DNA from: a virus
Lineage: Duplodnaviria; Caudoviricetes
DNA: 32,121 nucleotides
IMG/VR virus record: IMGVR_UViG_3300020042_005194
Span: 1-32,121 of that record
Strand: one strand, 5' to 3'
The notes beneath the pieces are model-generated. The model searched no databases. It saw nothing but the letters and a program-made list of their open reading frames with translations, and was not told the DNA's origin. This document shows, piece after piece, positions 1-8,557 of the stretch. Position 1 is the first letter of the stretch, and every line of letters begins with the position of its first letter. Both the position numbers and the translations under genes were made by a program.

Positions 1-263
1 CCACGCATAGCACGAAAATTAAAACACCCACCAAATAAATCAATTCCTAATGCTTGAATTTTTTCAATTCCGTAAACATCTAATAATTCGTTAAAAACAT
101 TAGTAAAGTTTTGAGCTACTAACTTATGACAACGCATTGTAGTAACTTTTGTTTTTGTGTCCCAAGCCAAACGCATTGGATAAGGTAGTTTTATACTAAC
201 TAAATAATTTCCGTTTTCGTTTGGTGTTCCGTATTTTTGTGTTATTGCTTTTGTACTTAACAT
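1..263 (-). CDS. Endolysin, peptidase M15 family (3' end runs off window)
   Basis: Not in ORF track; manual translation from ATG at 263: MLSTKAITQKYGTP...LPYPMRLAWD...MRCHKLVA...GIDLFGGCFNFRAMRG, resembling the region before the SxH zinc motif of M15 peptidases; follows membrane-protein genes. Confidence 0.8.
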   Translation of the reverse strand, partial: MLSTKAITQKYGTPNENGNYLVSIKLPYPMRLAWDTKTKVTTMRCHKLVAQNFTNVFNELLDVYGIEKIQALGIDLFGGCFNFRAMR

Positions 264-264
264 T

Positions 265-621
265 TTATTTTCTTTTAAATGTGTTACTAATCATATCAAA
301 AAAACCATTAAAGAAAGCCGTTAAAAAACCATCTATGTTAAGTCGATATATAATGTATTCCGCTACTTTATCCGAAATAATAGCAATAAAAGCTATTGCA
401 ATTGATTGATATTTAGTGTCTAATTCACTTTGAATTAATCCGCTCGATATGTAAGCACCAGCCACCCCGACAAACATAGATAAACAAACGTTTATAAATG
501 AAATTTTTGCTTTGTTCTTTTTCATTTCTATTGCTATTTTCATACCTACCCCCAATAATGCTGGTATTATTATTTTTACGAAAAATTGCGTGTACTCGCT
601 TTCTAAAAATTTTTCTTGCAT
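265..621 (-). CDS. Membrane protein, putative holin
   Basis: 118 aa, about 3 hydrophobic segments, basic C-terminus, directly upstream of endolysin. Confidence 0.6.
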   Translation of the reverse strand: MQEKFLESEYTQFFVKIIIPALLGVGMKIAIEMKKNKAKISFINVCLSMFVGVAGAYISSGLIQSELDTKYQSIAIAFIAIISDKVAEYIIYRLNIDGFLTAFFNGFFDMISNTFKRK

Positions 622-908
622 TTTTTTTTAATTTTAACTAACCAAATTAATGGCACTATTACTAATATTACCAATTCGTTATATCCTAAAATAGTGTTAT
701 CAAATAACAACTCATCAAATAAATTATTTAATGACAAACAGAATAATACAAATTTAATAAAACTTTTCTTATCTAAAGAAAAAATATACATACACAACAT
801 TGAAATAAATAAGGCGTTCCCTACGTAGAAACTTCCTATTGGGAGAAAATTCCAAAATAAATAAGTACCGACACTTATTAAAGTTGCAATATGTAAAAAG
901 TATTTCAT
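603..908 (-). CDS. Small multi-TM membrane protein (lysis region)
   Basis: 101 aa, 3-4 hydrophobic stretches, Lys-rich tail, coupled to neighbours. Confidence 0.55.
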   Translation of the reverse strand: MKYFLHIATLISVGTYLFWNFLPIGSFYVGNALFISMLCMYIFSLDKKSFIKFVLFCLSLNNLFDELLFDNTILGYNELVILVIVPLIWLVKIKKKCKKNF

Positions 909-1231
909 TATCTGTCTTTTGGCCTTGTACCTAATAATTCCAAACCAGCGTTATCTAAAATAACCTCACACTCCTCAACCGCTTCAATTTGTGCTAAAGT
1001 ATATTGATATTCATTTGCTGACATATTACTTACTGGAGTATCACTTGTAAAAAAGTTTTTCATTAAATAGGCTAACATTCCAGAAATTGACGCAATTAAA
1101 ATTGCTTTAAAATCTAAAACTAAAGTTCCGCTATCTAAACTTTGTTGAATAATTGTAATTGCTGAAATCAACCCAGCCATAACTAAACCTTTTAAAAAGT
1201 CTTTGTTGTTTAATGTAAATAATTTGCTCAT
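908..1231 (-). CDS. Putative holin-like protein (2 TM)
   Basis: MSKLFTLNNKDFLKGLVMA...LAYLMKNFFT, two hydrophobic helices then a polar tail. Confidence 0.55.
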   Translation of the reverse strand: MSKLFTLNNKDFLKGLVMAGLISAITIIQQSLDSGTLVLDFKAILIASISGMLAYLMKNFFTSDTPVSNMSANEYQYTLAQIEAVEECEVILDNAGLELLGTRPKDR

Positions 1232-1235
1232 ATTT

Positions 1236-1559
1236 TTATTTATTAATTGATTTTATACAGTGGTTTTTTTCTATTTTGTTTAATAACCAAACTAAATATT
1301 TTCCTAATTTAGTTAAATTTTTTGAGAGTTCGTTTTTTCCTAAAACTCCGCTTATCGTTTCTTCAATATTTCCAAATCTATCGGGGCTTTTTTCAAGTAT
1401 CAAATACTTATTTAAACTAAATCTAAATTCTCTGTTTGCGTATCTATCCAAGTTAACTGCACTATCCTTTAAATAACCTTTTTTCTTTACGTTTAAGGCG
1501 TTAAAAATAGTTACAGGTAAGAATAGAACATACGCAATAATAAATAAAACTAAACCCAT
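1236..1559 (-). CDS. Hypothetical phage protein with N-terminal TM helix
   Basis: 107 aa, hydrophobic N-terminus; stop/start overlap with upstream gene. Confidence 0.55.
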   Translation of the reverse strand: MGLVLFIIAYVLFLPVTIFNALNVKKKGYLKDSAVNLDRYANREFRFSLNKYLILEKSPDRFGNIEETISGVLGKNELSKNLTKLGKYLVWLLNKIEKNHCIKSINK

Positions 1560-2068
1560 TAATTTAATAAATTACCGTTAATAAATATTTCATCTAATTG
1601 CTCCGAAGTTATGCCCATCATTTGAGCAATCATTCCCAAGTCGCTTGAATTTCTATCGAAATGCGTTGCACTTCTTAAACGTGTTAATATAACGTATTTT
1701 TGTGATTCATCAAAATTTAAATTCGTAATAAATAAAACTATATCCTCGTATTTAATACCCGTTGTAATAAATATTTGTATAATAAATTTCATTCGTGAAA
1801 TGCTTTTAGGTATCAAATTACGATTATACGCTTCAATTTCTTCTGCAGTAAAATTAATAACCTCTTTAGTTATAATATCATCTACTAAAATAAATTCATC
1901 GCCTAAACGTTGCAACTCTGTAATTTCTGGAATTATAACTTCTCGCCAACCATCTGCAAAATGATTTTCAGTTAGTTTGTCATAACCATCTATTGTATTG
2001 CCGTTTACTATATACCTGCTCGGTATTTCGTTATAAACTCTTTGTAAGTTATCTATATTCGCTATCAT
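1559..2068 (-). CDS. Hypothetical protein, possible tail fibre assembly/accessory protein
   Basis: 169 aa directly after the lectin-like fibre gene; function inferred from position. Confidence 0.45.
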   Translation of the reverse strand: MIANIDNLQRVYNEIPSRYIVNGNTIDGYDKLTENHFADGWREVIIPEITELQRLGDEFILVDDIITKEVINFTAEEIEAYNRNLIPKSISRMKFIIQIFITTGIKYEDIVLFITNLNFDESQKYVILTRLRSATHFDRNSSDLGMIAQMMGITSEQLDEIFINGNLLN

Positions 2069-2069
2069 A

Positions 2070-2774
2070 TTAAAAAGGATAAATTATTCCGCTTCCAGAA
2101 TTATATAATTGTGTTGTTTCTCCAGCCGTTAACTCTCTATTTTTCCAAATCCCAAATCTATTCATATAACCATTTAAAGTAATTGGATTAGCAATTAAAT
2201 TACCAAACACTGCTGGTTGTGTTGATATTGGCATTTTTGTATATGTTCCTATTGTTGTTAATGTTGAAGTCGTTAAAACTCCATCAATATATATTTTAAC
2301 ACCAGAAGTTGATCCATTCCCATTATAAGTAACACAAACATTATAATCTACACCGCTTGACAATACTGTATTTGAATGTATGATTAAAATATTACTTAAA
2401 TCTTTAAACAATGCTACAAAAACCCTACTACCATTTAAAATAATCTGATATTGTGCCGCTATTGTATCATCTCTTTTAACTAAAAAAACTTGTGTTAAAG
2501 CTATGTCATTTGATTTAAACCAAAAATTCATACTAAACGGCAAATCGTTTGTAGCGTTAGAAAAGTCAAAGTTTGTACTTTGTGCAATAGATATTTTACT
2601 TGTACTACCATTAAAATTTGCTGAACTTGAACTATAAGTAATTGCCGTATCTGTTCCATTATGTGCATTGGCAGTACTATCAATACTATTAGTATCAAAC
2701 TTATAGTAAGCTATTAAATTTGATAACAATGCACTTGCTGAATCGACACGGCTTAATAATATTTTCTTTTTCAT
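2070..2774 (-). CDS. LamG/concanavalin A-like lectin domain protein (receptor-binding/tail fibre)
   Basis: LIAYYKFD...FNGSTSKI...FSMNFWFK...VCVTYNG...KIYIDG...GIWKNRELTAGETTQLYN is LamG-like; likely start ATG 2774 (TAATG overlap) rather than 2801. Confidence 0.8.
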   Translation of the reverse strand: MKKKILLSRVDSASALLSNLIAYYKFDTNSIDSTANAHNGTDTAITYSSSSANFNGSTSKISIAQSTNFDFSNATNDLPFSMNFWFKSNDIALTQVFLVKRDDTIAAQYQIILNGSRVFVALFKDLSNILIIHSNTVLSSGVDYNVCVTYNGNGSTSGVKIYIDGVLTTSTLTTIGTYTKMPISTQPAVFGNLIANPITLNGYMNRFGIWKNRELTAGETTQLYNSGSGIIYPF

Positions 2775-3187
2775 TATGGAGCAGTTACAATTGTTACCCA
2801 ATAAGCATTTGTTGCACCTCTGTATTCAATAGCTAATAAATTGTTTTTAGCACCGTTATAAGTTCCTACTATACGAGTAGTAAAACCGCTTGGATAAGTT
2901 ACTGCAAAATTTCCAGTCATATAAACAGATATTACTTTTGTGTTTCCGACACTTGGCAAATTACTAACCGTTAAAGTTGTATTACCTACTAAAGTTAACT
3001 CGAAAGTATCTTTGCTAAAGTCTAAATTATATGTTCCGCTAACACTTGCGTTAGTGACTAAAACATCATCTACTAAAGAGTTGTAAAGTTCTGTGAAGTT
3101 TGCATTTGCTTTTTGTTGAGAAACTCTTAATACATCGCCAGTCCCGTCGTTAGGTGCGCTACCTACGTTTATTATTTGTTGGCTCAT
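2774..3187 (-). CDS. Tail fibre/baseplate attachment protein
   Basis: N-terminal QQIINVGSAPNDGTGDVLR...KANANFTELY motif typical of T4 gp9/gp10-like fibre N-termini. Confidence 0.7.
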   Translation of the reverse strand: MSQQIINVGSAPNDGTGDVLRVSQQKANANFTELYNSLVDDVLVTNASVSGTYNLDFSKDTFELTLVGNTTLTVSNLPSVGNTKVISVYMTGNFAVTYPSGFTTRIVGTYNGAKNNLLAIEYRGATNAYWVTIVTAP

Positions 3188-3249
3188 CTTTTTGCTTTTT
3201 TAAAAATATATTTATTTTTTCAATTACCTTTTTATTCGTTGTTCTTTTT

Positions 3250-3741
3250 TTATAGGAATGAGAACCCGCCATAATTTGATTTTTTTGGATTTATAATGTT
3301 GTCAGTTGTTGAAGTATATTCTGGGAAACTTACCTTACATAAAAAACGCTCCATTCTACCCTGATAAATTTCAGCTTTATTTCTTTGGTTTTTAATCATA
3401 ATATCAATACTGTCTTGTTCTGCTGGTGTTCCGTTTTGCGGTGTCATTTTAAAAATACCTCCATTACTAATCTGAAACGCTCCGTTAATAAGATACTCAA
3501 CTGCTGATTGATGAATTAAAAACATTCTTATGTATTTAGTATATAATTCTAAATAATCGCCAGTTAAAATATCGCTTTCAAGGTCTGTTTTAATTTTTTC
3601 ATATAAATCTTCTCCAAGAATTTCAACTAATTTTGACAATTGTGCATCTTGAATACAAAATTTATATTTATCCGTGTCAATATTACCACCTAAAACGGTG
3701 TTTTGTAATATTTCTTGGTCGCTTAACATTAAATACTCCAT
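3250..3741 (-). CDS. Putative head-tail adaptor/connector
   Basis: 163 aa helical protein directly after portal; function inferred from position and size. Confidence 0.55.
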   Translation of the reverse strand: MEYLMLSDQEILQNTVLGGNIDTDKYKFCIQDAQLSKLVEILGEDLYEKIKTDLESDILTGDYLELYTKYIRMFLIHQSAVEYLINGAFQISNGGIFKMTPQNGTPAEQDSIDIMIKNQRNKAEIYQGRMERFLCKVSFPEYTSTTDNIINPKKSNYGGFSFL

Positions 3742-3743
3742 AA

Positions 3744-5429
3744 TTATTTTGTTAAAAATCCATTATTAGGCATATTGTTTGGTTTGATTGTAGATAAAGG
3801 TTCTCCAGAATCTTTTAATTCCGTTTCAATTCCTAACTCCTTAATATCTTTAATCATTCTTTTTGCCTTTTCAATGGTAATATATTGGTTATTTTTTCTC
3901 AAATATACTCTGCGTTGCCAAAAATGGTTACAATTTCCGCCACCTTTATATTTTAAAATGTCGTATGTATCTGTTCCATTCGGCCCCCAACCAGCATTGA
4001 CTTTTTTATCACCAGCTAAAACAATATCTTCTTTTCTATAAACCTTTTGTGCTGAAATCATTTTTTTACAGAAACTTCTTTGCGGGTTTAAATTGCCAGC
4101 GTACTCAAATCTAACTTTAAATATTTCATTGTCTAATTCAGATTTAGCACTTGGAAAAGAACTTGGCACACTCGCTAATTTTAAAGAAGTGTTTAAACTA
4201 AAATCTGTTAAATCAACTGACTTTTCAGAATATTCTTCGCAATCAATTTCTTCGTATAATTCTAAATCTATTGACTCGCCTTTGTCTAATAAGTAATTAG
4301 CAATATCTTCGTTTAATTCGTCTTTTTGTGTACTTAATTGAGTAGGTTGTGCCGTACTTAATTGACGTAACGGAATAATATCTAAATCAATAGTAAATCC
4401 GTTATCCATAAATATTTCCATTAACCCATCTGTTATAACTTCTTGGTCTGGTTTAATTACATTTTTATAAAGTTCATCAAAAGCAACTTCCATTTCATCT
4501 GCGTTATTACCTAAACCGCCGTCTTTCATAATACCGAAGATAATCGGACTTGTAACACGGTGTGCAATCATTAATTTTTGTGTAGCTTCTACACTTAAAA
4601 ACTCATATTGTTTGTGTGCTTCGCTTACTTCAACCGCAGTTAGTGTAATGTCATTTTCTTTAGATTCATTCCAATTAACCATAACACGCCCCGCATTTTG
4701 CGAACCAGTTCCAAAGTTTTTAAATTTAGTTTCTAAAGTATGTTTAACTTCATCGCTCTCTGGCTCTCCATTATTCATATTAACAATATATCCAAAAGAT
4801 AAACCGTTTTTAATATGATTAACGCAATAGTTTGCAATCTCTTGCTCTAATTCTGCATAAGGCAAACCTGCCATATATTGAGGATCTGCAAAATAAGTTC
4901 GCCCCGCTTGGTATTTAGTAAATACGTAAATACAATTCTTTGTAGTTTCTGTTTTATGGTAGAAACTTTCTATTTCTCTTGGTGGAAATTTTCTTGTATT
5001 ATTGAAATCTTGACTAAACCAATACAATTGAATTTCTCCGTCTTCATTCATCTTATTTGGCAATATTTGATTTTTAGGCACGTGTTTAGCTTTAATCAAA
5101 TTACCTTTATCGTAAATCAATTCTAAAGAAGCCTCACCGAATAAACTATAATCTTGACAAACATTTTTTAAATCTTTTTTGGATAAGATTTGTAAAACAT
5201 TTGCAAACTGCATCGCTTTAGAACTTTGTTCTTTACTAAACAAACCTTTGCCATAAATAAATTTAGCGTAAGAATCAATAATTGTTCGATTTGTTGGAGA
5301 ACCGTTATACATATCAATAATATATTGATAGAAACTGTTTTTATCTCCGTTCATTACATACTCCTTATTATTAACTTCCTTAATTTCTGGGCGTATGTAA
5401 TTATTTAATTGTATTAGTTCTAAACTCAT
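3744..5429 (-). CDS. Portal protein with C-terminal extension
   Basis: 561 aa; YNGSPTN, GSQNAG, AHRVTSPIIFGI, GGLGNNADE motifs resemble Bacteroidota phage portals; extra ~200 aa containing KGGGNCNHFW. Confidence 0.75.
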   Translation of the reverse strand: MSLELIQLNNYIRPEIKEVNNKEYVMNGDKNSFYQYIIDMYNGSPTNRTIIDSYAKFIYGKGLFSKEQSSKAMQFANVLQILSKKDLKNVCQDYSLFGEASLELIYDKGNLIKAKHVPKNQILPNKMNEDGEIQLYWFSQDFNNTRKFPPREIESFYHKTETTKNCIYVFTKYQAGRTYFADPQYMAGLPYAELEQEIANYCVNHIKNGLSFGYIVNMNNGEPESDEVKHTLETKFKNFGTGSQNAGRVMVNWNESKENDITLTAVEVSEAHKQYEFLSVEATQKLMIAHRVTSPIIFGIMKDGGLGNNADEMEVAFDELYKNVIKPDQEVITDGLMEIFMDNGFTIDLDIIPLRQLSTAQPTQLSTQKDELNEDIANYLLDKGESIDLELYEEIDCEEYSEKSVDLTDFSLNTSLKLASVPSSFPSAKSELDNEIFKVRFEYAGNLNPQRSFCKKMISAQKVYRKEDIVLAGDKKVNAGWGPNGTDTYDILKYKGGGNCNHFWQRRVYLRKNNQYITIEKAKRMIKDIKELGIETELKDSGEPLSTIKPNNMPNNGFLTK

Positions 5430-5716
5430 CTTATTAGTTTATAATTTTGTAAATCTGTTTCGTCTGTCGCAAAACCAGTATCTCTATTTAATAACCTTAA
5501 ATCATTATCAAAAACTTCTATTTGATAACTCGCACCCTCTTTAAAAGTATAATTAAAATTACCTACAAAAGCACCGTTAATCATTGAACCATTAATAGAA
5601 ATTGTGTTTTCTACACTTCTTAATTCATTAGTTATTTTTAAAACAACACTTGTTGCTTCTATTCTCGGAATAAAAAACAAAGTGTGTATTATGTTACTTG
5701 GTCTGAATACTTGCAT
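5426..5716 (-). CDS. Hypothetical virion protein
   Basis: 96 aa beta-rich; ATGA overlap with portal; preceded by late-promoter motif. Confidence 0.55.
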   Translation of the reverse strand: MQVFRPSNIIHTLFFIPRIEATSVVLKITNELRSVENTISINGSMINGAFVGNFNYTFKEGASYQIEVFDNDLRLLNRDTGFATDETDLQNYKLIR

Positions 5717-5721
5717 ATTAA

Positions 5722-5749
5722 TATAACGTATTTTTTTAACTTTGTATTT
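5722..5749 (-). promoter_or_regulatory. Putative late promoter, copy 1
   Basis: Minus strand AAATACA-N13-ACGTTATA-N5-ATG(5716). Confidence 0.7.
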
Positions 5750-5753
5750 AAAT

Positions 5754-5783
5754 AAAAAAACCCACTCGTATTGAGTAGGTTTT
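5754..5783 (-). terminator. Intrinsic terminator after tail tube gene
   Basis: Minus strand AAAACCTACTC-AATAC-GAGTGGGTTTT plus T-run. Confidence 0.75.
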
Positions 5784-5804
5784 AATAAATATTTATTCTT
5801 TTAA

Positions 5805-6338
5805 TTAAGGTGTAACTACCTCGTCTGAAACTAAAGCCTCTAAAGCTAATTTAGCCGAAGCACTTAAGAAAGGTGCGCGTTTACTATCCATTGCTTGTAA
5901 AGTAATGTTGTACCCGCTTAAATCTCCACCAGCACCTCCAGTTTGTCCCGCCGAAGTTGTAGCGTCTAATCCGCTATCAATTCCAACAACTTTAACGTTA
6001 CCGTTATAATCGTGAACAAACGCAATAACACGACCAGCCTCTAATGCTTGTAATTGTACTTCTGTTTCTTTGTTCAATTTAGGGAAAACCGCCGCAATTA
6101 CTTGAGCAATTTCAGTTGTTCTATTATCTGTGTTAATCGTACCCGTTTCAGTTAAAGTATTTCCAGATCCTTTAACTTCGTATCTAAAAACCTCTGTTAA
6201 TGTTACGGGCAAAGTAGCGACTTCTTGAGCCGTTACGGAAAAACCATACTCATCAAAAATAGCAAAGTCGATTTTTTTAATACCGCCTCTGGAATCTTTA
6301 CAAGATAGTTTCAATCCTTTTGTTATACTACACGCCAT
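5805..6338 (-). CDS. Putative major tail tube protein
   Basis: 177 aa MACSITKG...CKDSRGGIKKI...GDLSGYNITL; beta-rich, directly after capsid gene. Confidence 0.6.
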   Translation of the reverse strand: MACSITKGLKLSCKDSRGGIKKIDFAIFDEYGFSVTAQEVATLPVTLTEVFRYEVKGSGNTLTETGTINTDNRTTEIAQVIAAVFPKLNKETEVQLQALEAGRVIAFVHDYNGNVKVVGIDSGLDATTSAGQTGGAGGDLSGYNITLQAMDSKRAPFLSASAKLALEALVSDEVVTP

Positions 6339-6353
6339 TTTTATATATGTTTT

Positions 6354-6380
6354 AAAAACCGCCCTAATTAAAGAGCGGTT
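6354..6380 (-). terminator. Hairpin/terminator after major capsid gene
   Basis: Minus strand AACCGCTCT-TTAATT-AGGGCGGTT then TTT. Confidence 0.65.
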
Positions 6381-6389
6381 ATGTTAAAT

Positions 6390-7394
6390 TTATCCTACGT
6401 ATAAAACGTTAAATTTCTGATTTACAACGTGTGCAAATATTGTAAAGATTACATCATAGAAGTAGTCTTTTCTTGGTGCTGGATAAGGAGCTATGTTAAT
6501 GTTTGCATAGTCATCCATTAAATCAGTACACCACATGAAATTGCTTGGTACACCAGCAATAATTACGTTATCAGCTAACGGTACAAATACAATCTCTACA
6601 TCTAAATAGAAATATTTACCAGATGCTAAATCTACTGTAAATGTATCTCTATAAGTTTGTGCTAAATTGAAGTTGTTAATTAATTTTTTCACACTTCTTG
6701 GAGCGTAAATATAAGGCTTTTCAGCACCAGCTAAAACTTCATTAGGAATAGCATCATATACTTTACCCATTTCAGTCGCGATGTTTGAAACACTTAAAGT
6801 TGTACCCGCTACTTTTACACGTTTTCCAACTGCTGCTTTATTGTAAATCATTTTAGCAGTTAATGAATCGAATAAAGTAGTTGGCATAGCAGCAACTAAA
6901 GTTTTTTCCGCAGCACCTACTGAAGTTTGAGCAGTTCCAGCAGTTAAAGCAGCAACCGCAGTTTTTGTAGCAGCAGTAGAACCGTTCCAAAATTTATTTT
7001 CAGCATCTAAAGAGATTAAAGGAGCAACTCCATTTAAAACTAATCTGTTAAATTCGTCTGAAACATCATTAATTGCACCAGGTTTCATATCTCTATTGAA
7101 ACGCGTACTTCTTAAATCGTCTGGCGTAAATTTGTCGATAAACTCAACTTTAACTGGCGTAACAACTGTGTCTTCTAAACCAATTGCACCAGCCTCTGAA
7201 CCAGTTGGATTAACACTCCACGCTTGCATAGTTACTGAATTAATATTTTCAGTAATAACACGACCAGCTTTAATCCCTGTTTCAAAAGAAACTAAACCTT
7301 TTTCTACTGTTTCATTTCTGAAAAGGATTTCAGCAATAATATCTTCTTTAAAATCTGTCGGGATTTGCGCCCCAGTATAAGTAATTCCACTCAT
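6390..7394 (-). CDS. Major capsid protein
   Basis: 334 aa, downstream of protease/scaffold, followed by hairpin; GCT/GCA/ACT-rich codon use of a highly expressed gene. Confidence 0.7.
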   Translation of the reverse strand: MSGITYTGAQIPTDFKEDIIAEILFRNETVEKGLVSFETGIKAGRVITENINSVTMQAWSVNPTGSEAGAIGLEDTVVTPVKVEFIDKFTPDDLRSTRFNRDMKPGAINDVSDEFNRLVLNGVAPLISLDAENKFWNGSTAATKTAVAALTAGTAQTSVGAAEKTLVAAMPTTLFDSLTAKMIYNKAAVGKRVKVAGTTLSVSNIATEMGKVYDAIPNEVLAGAEKPYIYAPRSVKKLINNFNLAQTYRDTFTVDLASGKYFYLDVEIVFVPLADNVIIAGVPSNFMWCTDLMDDYANINIAPYPAPRKDYFYDVIFTIFAHVVNQKFNVLYVG

Positions 7395-7403
7395 AGTAAA
7401 TAA

Positions 7404-8522
7404 TTATTTAAATTTTTTGTTATGTTCTCTAAATTTCTCAAAAGCCGTAACTGGCTTATTTGTTTCTTGTTCTCCTTTTTGTTTTGTCAAAGACACTGCT
7501 TCTGGTTTTACCTCTGAAAGTTTAGTTTCAAATTCTGCTCTTAATTCAGTTTTGAATTTTTCTAATTCAGCACCAACTACTTGAGCCAATTGGTAAAATA
7601 CTTCTTGTGTAAACTTTTCACTTTTTACACTTGCGGTTTGTTCAGTTGTTGGAGCAGTTCCCATATCTGTTGGAACTTCTTCTTCTACAACTTCCATTGG
7701 TTTTAATTCAGCAACTTTGCTATCAACCATAACCGCAACCATATCATCTTCTAAAGTATATTCCCCATCTGGAACTGGCAACTTGTCGCCCGCTTCGTTT
7801 GTTAAATACATTTCAGTTCCAACTGCTACGGTGTCGCCATCGAAATTAATCGTTAGCTCTCCGTCTTTAGTCATTACACTTCCTAACTTTACTTCTGCAT
7901 TTTCGCCTTTATTTTTAGGACTGAAAAATTCAGATAGTGCCGCCTTGAAAGAATCTACTAAAGACTCGTTTTTTACTTCACTCATATTAAATTCACTTTT
8001 TAAATTAATCTTTTCTAAATCAAAGAATCCATCAATAGAGAATCCTTTTACTTTTCCAGTTTTTACAAAGTCATTCCAAACTTCATCGTTATTAACTTTC
8101 ATACTTGCAAACCAAGTTCCGTTAGGCTCGTTAAATCCATAATGAACTGACTTATCAACTTCACTTTCTTTTATCCAACTTTCAACAAAGGTTACATCTT
8201 GTAATTTTAACTCCTCATTGTGTTCTAACGTTGAGTTATTTTGATAACCTTTTTTAAAGAAATTCTCCATTGTTAATTGGATTGTCTTTTCTGGAAAAGT
8301 TATATTGAACTCTTTACCTTCTTGCTTTCTGTAAATTGGCTTATTAGGAATTAAAACAGCACCTAATAAAATTCTTTTCTCGGTGTCAATTGCTTTTAAA
8401 CTAATTTCTTTTTGTTCACTTAAAGCAATAAACTGCGATTCCATAGCGGGTGAATCTACTAAACTAATAGCATAAACCCCCTCCGTTTCGTTCTCTTTAA
8501 ATTGTACTTCGTATGTGTCCAT
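7404..8522 (-). CDS. Prohead protease (XkdF/S78-like) fused to acidic scaffold region
   Basis: AISLVDSPAME, GAVLIPNKPIYR, TLEH, VESWI, GKVKGFSIDG motifs; C-terminal PDGEYTLEDD acidic/coiled region. Confidence 0.8.
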   Translation of the reverse strand: MDTYEVQFKENETEGVYAISLVDSPAMESQFIALSEQKEISLKAIDTEKRILLGAVLIPNKPIYRKQEGKEFNITFPEKTIQLTMENFFKKGYQNNSTLEHNEELKLQDVTFVESWIKESEVDKSVHYGFNEPNGTWFASMKVNNDEVWNDFVKTGKVKGFSIDGFFDLEKINLKSEFNMSEVKNESLVDSFKAALSEFFSPKNKGENAEVKLGSVMTKDGELTINFDGDTVAVGTEMYLTNEAGDKLPVPDGEYTLEDDMVAVMVDSKVAELKPMEVVEEEVPTDMGTAPTTEQTASVKSEKFTQEVFYQLAQVVGAELEKFKTELRAEFETKLSEVKPEAVSLTKQKGEQETNKPVTAFEKFREHNKKFK

Positions 8523-8527
8523 ATTGT

Positions 8528-8555
8528 TATAACGTGTTTTATTGTTAATGTGTTT
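8528..8555 (-). promoter_or_regulatory. Putative late promoter, copy 2
   Basis: Minus strand AAACACA-N13-ACGTTATA-N5-ATG(8522). Confidence 0.7.
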
Positions 8556-8557
8556 TT

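Noticed and set aside
1688-1695. Extra TATAACGT matches here and at 26413-26420
   Set aside because: Intragenic, lacking the AAAYACA element at 13 nt and the ATG at 5 nt
1559-3187. Diversity-generating retroelement or invertible fibre system
   Set aside because: No reverse transcriptase, template/variable repeat pair or invertase seen in the window
3159-3272. 37-aa basic ORF (MAGSHSYKKRTTNKK...) bridging adaptor and fibre genes
   Set aside because: Overlaps both neighbours by over 20 nt and has no supporting motif; cannot be supported from sequence alone
6362-6389. TTATGTTAAAT at 6379-6389 equals the canonical XerD arm of dif
   Set aside because: No plausible XerC arm 6 bp upstream (CCCTAATTAAA); it overlaps a terminator hairpin and is plausible by chance in AT-rich DNA
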